Assembly (NCBI GenBank): GCA_963667845.2
Contig: CAXXVL010000002.1
Coordinates: 3,136,001 to 3,200,000 of the forward strand
Reading direction: 5' to 3'
Length of the DNA stretch: 64,000 nt
Source: Smithellaceae bacterium
GTDB taxonomy: Bacteria > Desulfobacterota > Syntrophia > Syntrophales > Smithellaceae
In this document: positions 1 through 11,000 of the stretch, piece by piece
How the letters are laid out: every line of letters starts with the position of its first letter
Position numbering within the stretch: position 1 is the stretch's first letter
Notes under the pieces: generated by a model
Database searches by the model: none
Told to the model about the DNA's origin: nothing
What the model saw: the letters and a program-made list of their open reading frames with translations, nothing else
Position numbers and translations under genes: made by a program

Positions 1-2
1 AA

Positions 3-968
3 ATCTTTCCCGCCGCCCAGAAAGAAGGTGTGGACATCGGATTTGAAGCCAGCGTCGGCGGAACAATCCCAATCATTAAAACACTGAAAGAATCACTGGT
101 GGCCAATAAAATCAATTCTATTGTCGGTATCATGAATGGCACCTGTAATTTTATTCTGACGAAAATGACCGACGAGGGGAAACCCTTCGATATGGTCCTG
201 AAAGAAGCGCAGCAACTGGGCTTTGCTGAAGCCGATCCGACTTTTGACATTGAAGGCATTGATACCTCTCACAAAATGGCGATTGTTCTTTCACTGGCTT
301 ACGGGCGAAAAGTCAATCTCAAGGAAATTTATCTGGAAGGCATCACAAAAATAAGCAGCGAGGATATCGCCTTTGCTAAAGAACTGGGGTATCGAATCAA
401 ATTACTGGCGATCGGCATGCTCAAAGGCGATGCTGTGGAGGCCAGAATTCATCCGACCATGATCGCATCAGGACACCTGCTGGCAAATGTCAACCGGAAT
501 TATAATGCCTTTCACCTGGTGGGTGACGCTTCCGGCCCCGTCTTCCTTTTCGGTCAAGGCGCCGGCATGATGCCGACAGCCAGCGCTGTGTTCAGCGATA
601 TTCTGGACAGTGCACGCAATGTGATGAAGGGCATTTCCGGTCGGGTACCCCTCAGATCAATTACCGAAACAGGGATGAAGACTATCAAGCTGATCCCGAT
701 GGACAATATTGAGACAAAGTATTATTTCCGATTTTCCGTTCTGGATCGCCCCGGTGTGTTGTCCAAAATATCGGGCATTCTCGGTGAACATAATATCAGC
801 CTGGCAACGGTTATTCAGAAAGCCCGAGGGGAAGCGGGTCCCGTTCCAATTGTTATGACGACCTATAAAGCAAAAGAAAAAGATGTGCGTCAGGCATTGA
901 AGAAGATAGACAAACTGAACATCGTCAGGGGTAAAACCATTTTTATTCGCATTGAAGATGAATTATAA
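3..968 (+). CDS. hom: Homoserine dehydrogenase with C-terminal ACT domain (5'-truncated by window edge)
   Basis: FEASVGGTIP, GIMNGTCNFIL and GFAEADPTFDIEGID motifs; ACT domain (DRPGVLSKI); frame is open back to position 3. Confidence 0.95.
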   Translation: MFPAAQKEGVDIGFEASVGGTIPIIKTLKESLVANKINSIVGIMNGTCNFILTKMTDEGKPFDMVLKEAQQLGFAEADPTFDIEGIDTSHKMAIVLSLAYGRKVNLKEIYLEGITKISSEDIAFAKELGYRIKLLAIGMLKGDAVEARIHPTMIASGHLLANVNRNYNAFHLVGDASGPVFLFGQGAGMMPTASAVFSDILDSARNVMKGISGRVPLRSITETGMKTIKLIPMDNIETKYYFRFSVLDRPGVLSKISGILGEHNISLATVIQKARGEAGPVPIVMTTYKAKEKDVRQALKKIDKLNIVRGKTIFIRIEDEL

Positions 969-986
969 CAGACAGAAGGTCAAATA

Positions 987-2213
987 ATGAAATATGTTGT
1001 ATTGCTGGGCGACGGCATGGCGGATTATCCGTGCCAAAAACTCGGAGGGAAAACACCTCTCGAGTGTGCCTTGACTCCTTTTCTCGATCAGATAGCGGCA
1101 GAAGGCACTCTGGGATTGGTTGATACCATCCCCAAGGGATTTACCCCGGGATCTGATGTGGCCAACCTCAGTGTACTGGGATATAATCCGGAAGAGACTT
1201 ATACCGGACGCGGCCCTCTTGAAGCCGCCAGCATGGGCATCAACCTCGCACCTGATGACGTCGCCTACCGCTGTAATCTCGTGACGATCGGCGAAAAGGA
1301 TACCGAACAGGCTTATATGGATGACTTTACCGCCGGGCATATTTCCTCGTCCGAAGCCAGAGAAATCATCCTGGATATCAATAGACACCTCAACTCGTCG
1401 CAATATCGATTTTATCCTGGGGTCGGTTATCGCCACCTGCTGGTTTGGCACAATGCTGCCGGATCTCCGCAGACAACACCACCTCATGACATTCCCGGTA
1501 TGGCTATTGCGCAGTACCTTCCGCAGGGAGAATGCGCAGAAGATATCAATGAACTGATGAGGAAGGCGGCAGACGTTTTAAAAGATCACCCGACCAATGC
1601 CCGGCGTCTGGATGACGGGAAGAAGCCGGCCAATTCCATTTGGCTCTGGGGGCAGGGTAAGAAACCGCAGATGATTCCGCTTACCCGGAAATATGATTTC
1701 AAAGGCGGCATGATTTCAGCTGTTGATCTATTGAATGGCCTCGGAATTAATGCAGGATTAAAACCTCTGCATGTGGAAGGGGCTACAGGCTATATCGACA
1801 CCAACTTTGAGGGCAAGGCTCGCATGGCTCTCGATGCCCTGAAGTTCATGGATTTTGTTTTCCTTCATCTCGAAGCTCCCGATGAAATGGGTCATGAAGG
1901 CAATGCCCCTGGTAAGATACAGGCTATCGAATCTTTCGATGAAAAAATTGTTGGTCCGATATTGAACAACATCGGCAGACTGGGTGAATATCGCATTCTC
2001 GTTTTAAGCGATCATCCAACCCCTCTGGATTTGAAGACTCATGTCGGTGACCCGAGCCCCTTTGCCGTCATCTCATCACGCAATGAGGAAAACCGGGCGG
2101 CGGGCAGTCGCTTTACGGAAAGCGCCGCCAGGGAAAGTGGTATTCTTGTATCTCCCGGCTATCTGCTGATGGAAAAATTTATCAGGGATTGGAGCACAGC
2201 CATTGGTCAGTAA
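987..2213 (+). CDS. ApgM-family cofactor-independent phosphoglycerate mutase homolog (proposed alternative homoserine kinase)
   Basis: DGMAD, PGSDVANL, HLEAPDEMGH and SDHPTP alkaline-phosphatase-superfamily metal motifs; directly follows hom. Confidence 0.85.
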   Translation: MKYVVLLGDGMADYPCQKLGGKTPLECALTPFLDQIAAEGTLGLVDTIPKGFTPGSDVANLSVLGYNPEETYTGRGPLEAASMGINLAPDDVAYRCNLVTIGEKDTEQAYMDDFTAGHISSSEAREIILDINRHLNSSQYRFYPGVGYRHLLVWHNAAGSPQTTPPHDIPGMAIAQYLPQGECAEDINELMRKAADVLKDHPTNARRLDDGKKPANSIWLWGQGKKPQMIPLTRKYDFKGGMISAVDLLNGLGINAGLKPLHVEGATGYIDTNFEGKARMALDALKFMDFVFLHLEAPDEMGHEGNAPGKIQAIESFDEKIVGPILNNIGRLGEYRILVLSDHPTPLDLKTHVGDPSPFAVISSRNEENRAAGSRFTESAARESGILVSPGYLLMEKFIRDWSTAIGQ

Positions 2214-2622
2214 TTTCACCAAAGTCCGTGTGATTTATGCCGATACGGACGCAATGGGCATCGTCTACCACACCAATTATATTCGCTGGTTTGAGATGGG
2301 ACGCAATGAGATAATGCGACAGCTGGGCGTCTCCTACTCCGAATTAGAAAAACTCGGCCTTAACCTGCCTTTGACAAAAGTATCCTGTCACTACCTGGCG
2401 CCCGCGAAGTACGACGATCTGATAACGATCGAAACGAAATTCGATTACATCAAACGAGCGAGCATCAGGTTTAATTCCAAAATATGGACTGAAAATCAGG
2501 AAAAAATTCTTGTGGAGGGCTACACCATTCATGCCTGCACGAATAACGAAGGGAAGATCCGTCGAATACCCAAATTGCTTCTGGAACTAACTGAAAAATA
2601 TAATATCAATAAAGGGGAATAA
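2203..2622 (+). CDS. Acyl-CoA thioesterase (YbgC/FadM hot-dog fold)
   Basis: RVIYADTDAMGIVYHTNYIRWFEMGR signature. Confidence 0.9.
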   Translation: MVSNFTKVRVIYADTDAMGIVYHTNYIRWFEMGRNEIMRQLGVSYSELEKLGLNLPLTKVSCHYLAPAKYDDLITIETKFDYIKRASIRFNSKIWTENQEKILVEGYTIHACTNNEGKIRRIPKLLLELTEKYNINKGE

Positions 2623-2623
2623 T

Positions 2624-3304
2624 ATGGCTGCAAAGTTATCCAAAAAAGAACTGAAAAGTCCCGATGCCTTTCAAACGACATTCGAAAAAGTGGGCGATTA
2701 TGTTTCGGAGAACCGAACTCGCGTGACGATTATCGGTATAGCATTGATCTGCGCAGTGGCAATTGCTTCCGGGATCTATTTCTACTGGAGCTATTATTCG
2801 GGATCTGCCTTAAAATTATATGCCACCGCTCAGAGCAACATTTTAAAAAGCGGCGAAAACAGAGAATCGACGGATGAAAATATTGCGATATTTAAAGAGC
2901 TGATTGACAAGTATCCCCATAGCTGGAGCGCTCGATTAGCTTATTACCATTTGGGGAACATTTATTACAACAGAGGTGAAATCGACAAAGCGATCCATTC
3001 TTATGAAAAATTTATTTTACAAACGGGAACAGACAAAACAGGGATCAAATTTCTTGCTTTAACTTCCTTGGGATATGCGTATGAAGCGAAAAAAGATTTT
3101 AAGGATGCTTTGAAATACTTTGAAGAGGCGCAAAACGTTTACAATACGGGCTTCGAAATGATCGGACTTCGCAATATCGCTCGGGCTTATGAAGAATTGA
3201 ATAACAAGGAAAAGGCGCTCGAATACTACAAGAAAGCGCTGGATAAAACAACGGATTCAGCTGCGAGTATTTTTCTCAAAAGAAAGATAGCAACACTGGG
3301 CTGA
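2624..3304 (+). CDS. Membrane-anchored tetratricopeptide-repeat protein (YfgM-like)
   Basis: N-terminal KELKSPDAF, one TM helix, several TPR-like repeats (LGNIYY, LGYAYE, IARAYE). Confidence 0.8.
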   Translation: MAAKLSKKELKSPDAFQTTFEKVGDYVSENRTRVTIIGIALICAVAIASGIYFYWSYYSGSALKLYATAQSNILKSGENRESTDENIAIFKELIDKYPHSWSARLAYYHLGNIYYNRGEIDKAIHSYEKFILQTGTDKTGIKFLALTSLGYAYEAKKDFKDALKYFEEAQNVYNTGFEMIGLRNIARAYEELNNKEKALEYYKKALDKTTDSAASIFLKRKIATLG

Positions 3305-3443
3305 TTTATGCGCTTCTCCCTTGAGAAAATGATACCTGGCAGCAAAAAGGAAGCGATACAGATACTGACCTTGTCGCGTATCATAAGAATGAAATACCTA
3401 TTATAGCGGGAGAGCGTTTGCAAATATTTGGAGGCACAAGCAT

Positions 3444-5231
3444 TTGAAAAAGCAATTAATGTCAGGTAATGAAGCCATCGCCCGCGGTGTCTTTGAAGCA
3501 GGCGTGAGATTTGCGGCAGCTTATCCAGGTACACCCAGCACAGAGATCATGGAGGAGTATGCAAAGCATCCCGGCGTTTATGCGGAGTGGGCGCCTAATG
3601 AAAAAGTCGCCGTGGAGGTAGCTATCGGTGCGGCATTGGGCGGTGTCAGGGCGCTAGCCGTGATGAAGCATGTTGGCGTGAATGTCGCCGCCGACCCGAT
3701 TTTTACCGTAAGCTACACAGGCATTGAAGGAGCCCTCGTCATCATCAGCGCAGACGATCCTTCCATGCATAGTTCCCAAAATGAACAGGATAACCGTAAT
3801 TACGCCAAGTTTGCCAAGATACCGATGCTGGAACCCGCTGATCCCCAAGAAGCCAAGGAGTATATAAAGTTGGCGTTTCAAATCAGCGAACAATTTGATA
3901 CTCCCGTTTTCTTTCGCACAACAACCCGCGTTTCGCATTCTAAATCCGTCGTAACCCTGAACGACCCTTTACCATTGGAAGACAAGACAACGCTGACGCC
4001 CAATGCCGGAAAATACGTCATGGTTCCTATCAACGCTCGGACAAGGCGAATTGAGGTAGAAAAACGTCAAATCGCTCTTAAAGAGTTCGTAGAAACTTTT
4101 TCTGAAAATAGAATGGAGATCAACGATCAGGAAGTAGGCATTATTACGGCAGGAATGCCATATAATTATTCAAAGGATGTTTTTCCGAATTTTTCCTACC
4201 TGAAACTGGGTATGGTTTACCCACTGCCTGAAAAATTGATTCGTGATTTCGCATCAAAAGTCAAAAAAATCTATGTCGTGGAAGAACTTGATCCATACCT
4301 TGAAGAACAAATTAAGGCCATGGGAATCCAGGTGGTTGGCAAGGAAATTTTCCCCTACACCAATGAATTTGATCCCGGGATCATCAAAAACGCAATTAAT
4401 TCGGATTTACACGGCACTGTTTCTCCTTATAAAGGAAGTCTGGCCCATCGTCCGCCAAATCTTTGTCCGGGCTGCCCGCATAGAGCTCTATTTTTTGCGC
4501 TTAAAAAATCAAAAGCTTATGTCCATGGCGATATAGGTTGTTATACTCTCTCTTATTTAAAACCGCTTGAAGGATTGCATTCCTGTATTTGCATGGGTGC
4601 AAGTATCGGCATGGCTCACGGCATGAGCAAGGCCTTAAAAGAGAAAGGGAAGGGCAAGGTCGTAGGTGTAATTGGTGATTCCACATTCCTGCATTCAGGT
4701 ATTACATCACTCCTGAATATGGCCTATAACCAGAGCGATGCCTTGATCATTATTTTAGATAACAGTACAACGGCTATGACCGGTATGCAGGAACACCCGG
4801 GCACCGGCTATACTCTAATGGGAAAAGAAGCTAAGAAAGTTAACTTGACCGTCTTAGTATCAGCTTTAGGAATCGATAATATAAGAGTTATCAATCCATA
4901 CAATATCGAAGAAACTCAAATCGCGATTAAGGAAGAACTGGCCAAGAGCGGTCCATCCGTTATTATTTCTCAGAGTCCATGTGTCCTGTTTAAACGCGCA
5001 AACCGGAAACCCGTTCCTGCAGCGAAAATTGATGCGGACAAATGCGAAGGCTGCAAAATATGCCTGAACTTAAATTGTCCGTCCATTTCATGGAAAGAAG
5101 GCGTCATAAAGGAAGGCTCGAAGCGCAAAGGTATCACGTTTGTCGATGAGACTTTTTGTGTCGGTTGTGGTTTGTGCGCTCAGGTCTGTAAATTTGACGC
5201 GATTAGTTACGGTAAAGGGAAAAACCAATGA
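3444..5231 (+). CDS. iorA: Indolepyruvate:ferredoxin oxidoreductase alpha subunit
   Basis: MSGNEAIARG, YPGTPSTEI, CPGCPHR, GDIGCY and GDSTFLHSG (TPP) motifs; two C-terminal ferredoxin-type Cys clusters; GGAGG SD then TTG start. Confidence 0.95.
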   Translation: MKKQLMSGNEAIARGVFEAGVRFAAAYPGTPSTEIMEEYAKHPGVYAEWAPNEKVAVEVAIGAALGGVRALAVMKHVGVNVAADPIFTVSYTGIEGALVIISADDPSMHSSQNEQDNRNYAKFAKIPMLEPADPQEAKEYIKLAFQISEQFDTPVFFRTTTRVSHSKSVVTLNDPLPLEDKTTLTPNAGKYVMVPINARTRRIEVEKRQIALKEFVETFSENRMEINDQEVGIITAGMPYNYSKDVFPNFSYLKLGMVYPLPEKLIRDFASKVKKIYVVEELDPYLEEQIKAMGIQVVGKEIFPYTNEFDPGIIKNAINSDLHGTVSPYKGSLAHRPPNLCPGCPHRALFFALKKSKAYVHGDIGCYTLSYLKPLEGLHSCICMGASIGMAHGMSKALKEKGKGKVVGVIGDSTFLHSGITSLLNMAYNQSDALIIILDNSTTAMTGMQEHPGTGYTLMGKEAKKVNLTVLVSALGIDNIRVINPYNIEETQIAIKEELAKSGPSVIISQSPCVLFKRANRKPVPAAKIDADKCEGCKICLNLNCPSISWKEGVIKEGSKRKGITFVDETFCVGCGLCAQVCKFDAISYGKGKNQ

Positions 5232-5809
5232 CAGATTCAAAAGTACACAACATATTATTCGCCGGTGTCGGCGGTCAGGGCATCTTAAGGGCCAGTGATA
5301 TCATGTGCGAGGTCATGATGGAAGCCGGTTTCGATGTCAAAAAAAGCGAAGTCCACGGCATGGCGCAGCGGGGCGGCTGTGTAAACAGCGACGTGCGTTA
5401 CGGCACGAAAGTCTATTCGCCGTTAGCTGCGGCCGGGAGCGGGGAAATACTTGTTTCGTTTGAAAAGATGGAAACACTGCGTTATCTGAAATTCATAAGA
5501 CAAGACGCATCTATTATACTGAATACTGAAGAAATCTATCCCCCGTCTGTGAATCTGGGTGAATCAGCGTATCCTGATGACGTGATCGAATTTTTAAGAA
5601 AACATTATCCCAAGGTGATCGCATTTAATGCGGCTCAATTGGCTCAAAAGGCGGGCAACATTAAAGCAGCCAATGTTGTCTTGCTGGGCGCCGTAGCTAA
5701 CCTGGTTAAAGTTGATAAATCCATTTGGGAAAGCGTTATTAGAAAGTCCTTCCCGCAAGAGTTAGTAAAATTGAATTTGGATGCTTTTCAATTGGGAATT
5801 ACTGCTTAA
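5228..5809 (+). CDS. iorB: Indolepyruvate:ferredoxin oxidoreductase beta subunit
   Basis: GVGGQG and SEVHGMAQRGG motifs; ATGA overlap with iorA. Confidence 0.95.
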   Translation: MTDSKVHNILFAGVGGQGILRASDIMCEVMMEAGFDVKKSEVHGMAQRGGCVNSDVRYGTKVYSPLAAAGSGEILVSFEKMETLRYLKFIRQDASIILNTEEIYPPSVNLGESAYPDDVIEFLRKHYPKVIAFNAAQLAQKAGNIKAANVVLLGAVANLVKVDKSIWESVIRKSFPQELVKLNLDAFQLGITA

Positions 5810-5849
5810 ATTATCGGAAAGACTTTAACAAAGGGACATTGAAACGATT

Positions 5850-6803
5850 ATGGCGGAAGATTACTACCAAGTCTTAGGAGTTGACAAGAAAGCTACAGCC
5901 GATGAGATCAAAAAGGCATATCGCAAACTGGCTGTAAAATGGCACCCTGACAAAAATCCCAATAATAAAGCGGCCTCAGAAGAAAAATTCAAAAAAATCA
6001 GTGAAGCTTACGCCGTTTTGAGCGATGCGAAAAAGCGGGAAGAATATGACCAGTTTGGTTCAGCTGATCAGTATCGTCAGCAGTATTCGCAGGAAGACAT
6101 TTTCCGGGGTTTCGATCTCGACGAAATTTTACGCGGTTTCGGATTCGGCGGTGCCAGGGGAGGGAGGACGACCTTTCGCACTGGCGGCAGAAAAGGTGGT
6201 GGCGGATATCAGGAGTATGAAGAAGACCCTTTTGCCGGATTATTCGGTGGAGGTGGTCAACAATATGCCAACATGCCGCAAAAAGGTCAGGACGCCGAGT
6301 ATAATCTATCAATATCATTAGAAGAATCTGTTTTGGGAGCCGATAAGAAGATATCGTTGCAACTTGAAAACCGTATTGAAGACATCAATGTCAAGATCCC
6401 CCCGGGCATCAGCACAGGTAAGAAACTCAGACTTCCGGGCAAAGGCCTAAGTGGCTTCAATGGAGGTCCCAATGGAGATCTTTATTTAAATATTAATGTA
6501 TTGCCTCATCCGATTTATTCGCGCGACGGCAATGATCTTTATATCGAGAAGACCATCAAATTTACGCAGGCGGCGCTGGGAACAACGATTGATGTTCCAA
6601 CTCTGGACGGAACCACCAAGCGATTGAAGATTGCTCCGGGTACTCAAAATAATACGAAGATCCGGATGAAAGGGTTCGGTGTTCCCGGTCTCAAAGGGGC
6701 TGTTAAAGGCGATCAATACGTCAAAATAAATGTCGAGATTCCGAAGAAATTGACTGATAAACAAATACAATTAATAGAACAGCTGGCTGCTGATGGAGTT
6801 TGA
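5850..6803 (+). CDS. Class B J-domain co-chaperone (CbpA/DnaJ-like, no zinc finger)
   Basis: J domain with HPD, G/F-rich linker, DnaJ C-terminal domain; lacks CxxCxGxG repeats. Confidence 0.9.
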   Translation: MAEDYYQVLGVDKKATADEIKKAYRKLAVKWHPDKNPNNKAASEEKFKKISEAYAVLSDAKKREEYDQFGSADQYRQQYSQEDIFRGFDLDEILRGFGFGGARGGRTTFRTGGRKGGGGYQEYEEDPFAGLFGGGGQQYANMPQKGQDAEYNLSISLEESVLGADKKISLQLENRIEDINVKIPPGISTGKKLRLPGKGLSGFNGGPNGDLYLNINVLPHPIYSRDGNDLYIEKTIKFTQAALGTTIDVPTLDGTTKRLKIAPGTQNNTKIRMKGFGVPGLKGAVKGDQYVKINVEIPKKLTDKQIQLIEQLAADGV

Positions 6804-6933
6804 CTAAGTAGACGTATTGCATTTTTAATTGTATTCCACTTAGGAAAGATGAGATTTAGGCATATTCCTGGTTTATAGATGAACGCATCCTTTTTCATAA
6901 ACCCAACTTCTCTTGTCACGCAAACCATACTTT

Positions 6934-6961
6934 ATGTCTTATAAGATATGTTATGTAAACA
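6934..6961. other. Chromosome dimer resolution site (dif) for XerC/XerD
   Basis: ATGTCTTATAA-GATATG-TTATGTAAACA: 11-6-11 layout with ATAA/TTAT core palindrome and XerD-type TTATGT arm, in an AT-rich convergent intergenic gap. Confidence 0.85.
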
Positions 6962-7208
6962 TAGACGAACTTTTTATCGGTTAATGAATGCTACCGACGA
7001 ATCAAATAGTTTTTGCTAGATCATTTTCGTCAGGATTTCTGTCTGATTTCATAGCTCCCATCCCTTACCTGGGTGTTTCACCTAGGCACCAGCCATGTTC
7101 TTCTCATTTTTCGATTCTAACATTTTAACGAATACGCGGATCTTCAACCAATCTTACTCCATACAATTATAATAATTGTTATTTTTCAATACATTAAAAC
7201 ATAATTGT

Positions 7209-7928
7209 TTATTCAAATTCTATATCACCGACTGCCCCCATTTGATCGCCTATAATTATGACAATTCCTTTCACACCGGGAATCGTCATTCCATAATTCA
7301 GCGCCGGTTGAACGTCATTCTTTGACTTAACTCGATTACCGACTGCCGAAGCTGCTGCATCTGCCAGGGTTGCTGATTTCGAAATCACACAGACTGCATC
7401 CGCTTTTCCAAAGCTCAATGAGGGTCCAACAGTTGCAGATGATGTACATATTCCGAGAGGAGTTTCTTCAGGTTTTATGGATAGCTTAACCTTATAACTT
7501 AAAGTAGATTCTCCGGCAAAAATGGACACGGTGACCCTGTCGTTGCATCTAAGAAAAATATCACCGCCATTTTCAATGATGAGGTTTTCCGAGTGTTCGA
7601 ATAAATCATAACCAACGAATTCAGCGATCGCACCGGCGACTGCTGCCATTGGCCCAACCCCACAGATTTTCGTCTGATCAATCATACGGCGGACAATCAG
7701 CGGAGCAAAATCATCCCTTTCTAATGGCAAGAGTGAGGCTTGAAAGGCTGGATAGTTTCTGATGTATGATTCTAAAGAAAGGCGATGATTCGTGAGCGAC
7801 TGGAACGCCAGATCTATTAGGTCCCGGTCTGAACTTATAAACAGATCGCTTTCCGCTATTTTCACATTATATAAAATAAGATTATTTTTATTAATTAACG
7901 ATCTATATGTTCTTTCCTCATACTTCAT
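7209..7928 (-). CDS. UPF0280 / ApbE-superfamily protein
   Basis: GVGPMAAVAG, ENGGDI, GICTSSATVGPSLSFG and ADAAASA motifs. Confidence 0.85.
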   Translation of the reverse strand: MKYEERTYRSLINKNNLILYNVKIAESDLFISSDRDLIDLAFQSLTNHRLSLESYIRNYPAFQASLLPLERDDFAPLIVRRMIDQTKICGVGPMAAVAGAIAEFVGYDLFEHSENLIIENGGDIFLRCNDRVTVSIFAGESTLSYKVKLSIKPEETPLGICTSSATVGPSLSFGKADAVCVISKSATLADAAASAVGNRVKSKNDVQPALNYGMTIPGVKGIVIIIGDQMGAVGDIEFE

Positions 7929-8021
7929 ATCAGCTATATTTTACTGTGGATATTTTTTCAAAAGTTATTTTCATTACTGTTGATAACTCCGTATTTGATT
8001 GGCGCAGCCCGGTGGAGAAAT

Positions 8022-11000
8022 TCAGCAATAAATTGTCGACCCCTCCCCCAGGATACCGTCGACTTCCCGTTGCAGTCGGTCGCAGATATCGAGTTTGGTT
8101 TCATCGCCGAGCCTGACTATAGTCTCACTTTTGCCATTGACGATATGAATATAACCATCGTATTTCCCACTGTATTTCTTAATGGTATCATACAAGGATA
8201 TAATTTTTTCGGGTGTTATTTTTTCCGTATCGATCATGAAACGTACTTGTTTATATGGATTTTCCAGGGCCTTCGCCAACGGAATTACGTCCTGGGCTAT
8301 AATCTTCAGCGATTCGTCCCCGACATCGATGCTACCCTGAATTACAACCGGTTCATCTGCATGAAGTAATTCATAAAATTTTTTATAGATGTCTGCCCAA
8401 AAGATAATACCGACCGACCCCTGCAGATCTTCCAAGATTATATTGCACATGATATCCTTTTTCTTGGTCAATCGTTCAGTCAGTGAACTGATGACTCCTG
8501 CGATGCTGATGGTATCTTTGTCTTTTTTCGAATTCAGGGTGGCGGAATTTACGTTGGCGACGAATTTCAGTTTGTCGGCATAACCATGTAAGGGATGACC
8601 CGTGATGTAAAACCCGAGTGTATCTTTTTCTATGGCAAGCAATTCTTTACGATTCCATTCTGGAAGATTGGGAATCTGGAATGATGAACCGCCCTTCGTT
8701 GTGGATGTATCCGTTTCGTCTAACTGATCAAAAATACTTGCCTGATTACTCAACAATTCTTTTTGCTTCCGCTGTGCTTCCTCCATCGCCCGGTCCAGAC
8801 ATTCCATCAGTTGGCGCCGAGAGTAACCCAACGAGTCAAAAGAACCGCACTTGATGAGACTTTCGATCACCCTTCGGTTGACTTTTCGAAGATCAACGCG
8901 GCTTAGAAAATCAATAAACGAATTAAAATTAGCTTCTTGCCTCATGGCAATAACCGATTCTATAGCTGCCTCGCCGACATTCTTTACGGCCGCCAGACCA
9001 AAACGGATGTTTTCACCCGAAACTGTGAAATCTTTTTGGGATTCATTGATATCCGGAGGTAATATATTGATGCTCATTTCCTTACAATTGGACATGTGCT
9101 TAATGATTTTGTCCCGGTTATCTTTTTCACTGGTCAAGAGCGCGGCCATGAAGGCCACCGGGTAGTGCGCCTTGAGGTAAGCGGTTTGATAAGTAATAAT
9201 CGCGTAGGCTGCGCTGTGTGATTTGTTAAAACCATACTCAGCAAAGGTTTCCATCTGGTCCCAGATGGTTTTTGCCTTAACTTCGTTGATTTTTTGCTTT
9301 TTTGCGCCTTCGAGAAATTTAGGTTTTTCTTTTTCCATTGCCGCAACTTGTTTTTTGCCCATCACTTTGCGCAGCGTATCGGCTTGAGACATCGTATATC
9401 CGCCGATGACATTGGCAATCTGCATGACCTGCTCCTGATACAGAATAATGCCGTATGTTTCTTTCAGGATCGGCGCCAGTTGAGGCAGTTCGTAGCTGAT
9501 TTGCTGTTTTCCATGCTTACGGGCGATGAAATCGGGGATCATCTTCATCGGACCAGGACGATAGGCTGCAATCAGCGCAATGACATCTTCAATATGGTCC
9601 GGCTTGAAATTAACCAGAAGGTCCTTCATGCCGGAGCTTTCCAACTGGAAAACACCGTCGGTTTCACCTTTCATCAGTAGCTTATATGTTTCTTGATCAT
9701 CTAGTGGCAAGTCATTGATATCAATATCAATGTTGTGTGATTCCTTGATGAAATTCAAGGCATTTCTGATCACTGTCAGAGTCTTGAGCCCTAAAAAATC
9801 AAATTTGGTCAGTCCGACTGCCTCAATATCTTTCATCGAATACTGAGAAACGATGTCGTCTTTCGGAGCAAACAGCGGTACACGTTCTACCAACGGCGCA
9901 TCCGAAATAACCACGCCGGCTGCATGAACTGAAGAATGCCGGTTGAGGCCTTCCAGAACGAGTGACAACGACAGCAGTTTTTCAATTTGCGGATTCTTCT
10001 TGCGTTCCTCCGCAAACCGGGGTTCCATTTTAAATGCCTCAGTCAATGTAATATTTAGAACATTGGGCACCAGTTTGGCGACGCGATCCGCATCTCCGTA
10101 TGGAACATTAAGGGCGCGCCCCACATCGCGGATCACGCCCTTGGCCATCATTTTACCAAATGTACAGATCTGTGTAACTTTGTCCTTACCGTATTTCTCT
10201 GTGACATACTTAATTATTTCAGCGCGACGTTCCTGACAGAAATCAATATCTATATCCGGCATGCTGATACGGTCCGGATTCAGAAACCTTTCAAAAAATA
10301 AGCCGTATCGAAGCGGATCAATTTCAGTAATACGAATGGCATAGGCGACAAGAGAGCCGGCTGCCGAGCCGCGTCCGGGACCTACTGGAACACCATTGTG
10401 CTTTGCGTGTTTGATGAAATCCGAAACAATCAAAAAGTAACCCGCAAATCCCATTTTCTTTATGATTTCCAGTTCAGTGTGAAGGCGTTTCGCGTATTTT
10501 TCCCAAACGGCAGCTTCGTCTTTCGTCTGGTACTTCATGATAGTGGGCATCAGCTTTTCCAAGCCTTCCACTGCCTTCCGATCCAGATAATCATCGAGTG
10601 ATTCCTCGGGATTTTTTAATTCAAATTTGGGCAGATAAAATTTCCCGAATTCAAATGTCAGGTTGCAACGTTCCGCCACATTAACCGTGTTGGCTATCGC
10701 CTCCGGTGTTGCGGCAAACAGAGACTGCATTTCTTCGGGGGATTTAACGTAAAACTGGTCTGAGGTCAGCGACATCCTGTCAGCGTCTTCGATGGTCTTT
10801 CCCGTCTGGATGCAAAGGAGGATATTATGCGCCTCGGCATGTTCGGAGTTCAGATAGTGGCAGTCGTTGGTAGCGATAAGAGGAATTGATAGTTCTTTGC
10901 TTAGTTCAACTAATCCTTGATTGGCGATTTTCTGTTCCGGGATTCCATTTTCCATAATCTCCAGATAAAAATTCTCTTCACCGAAAATATCCCGATATTC

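Noticed and set aside
7002..7086. Hairpin CCTGGGTG-TTT-CACCTAGG and a 16-codon minus-strand ORF with GGGAG SD near dif
   Set aside because: Too short to interpret; no second dif copy or phage genes to suggest an integrated element
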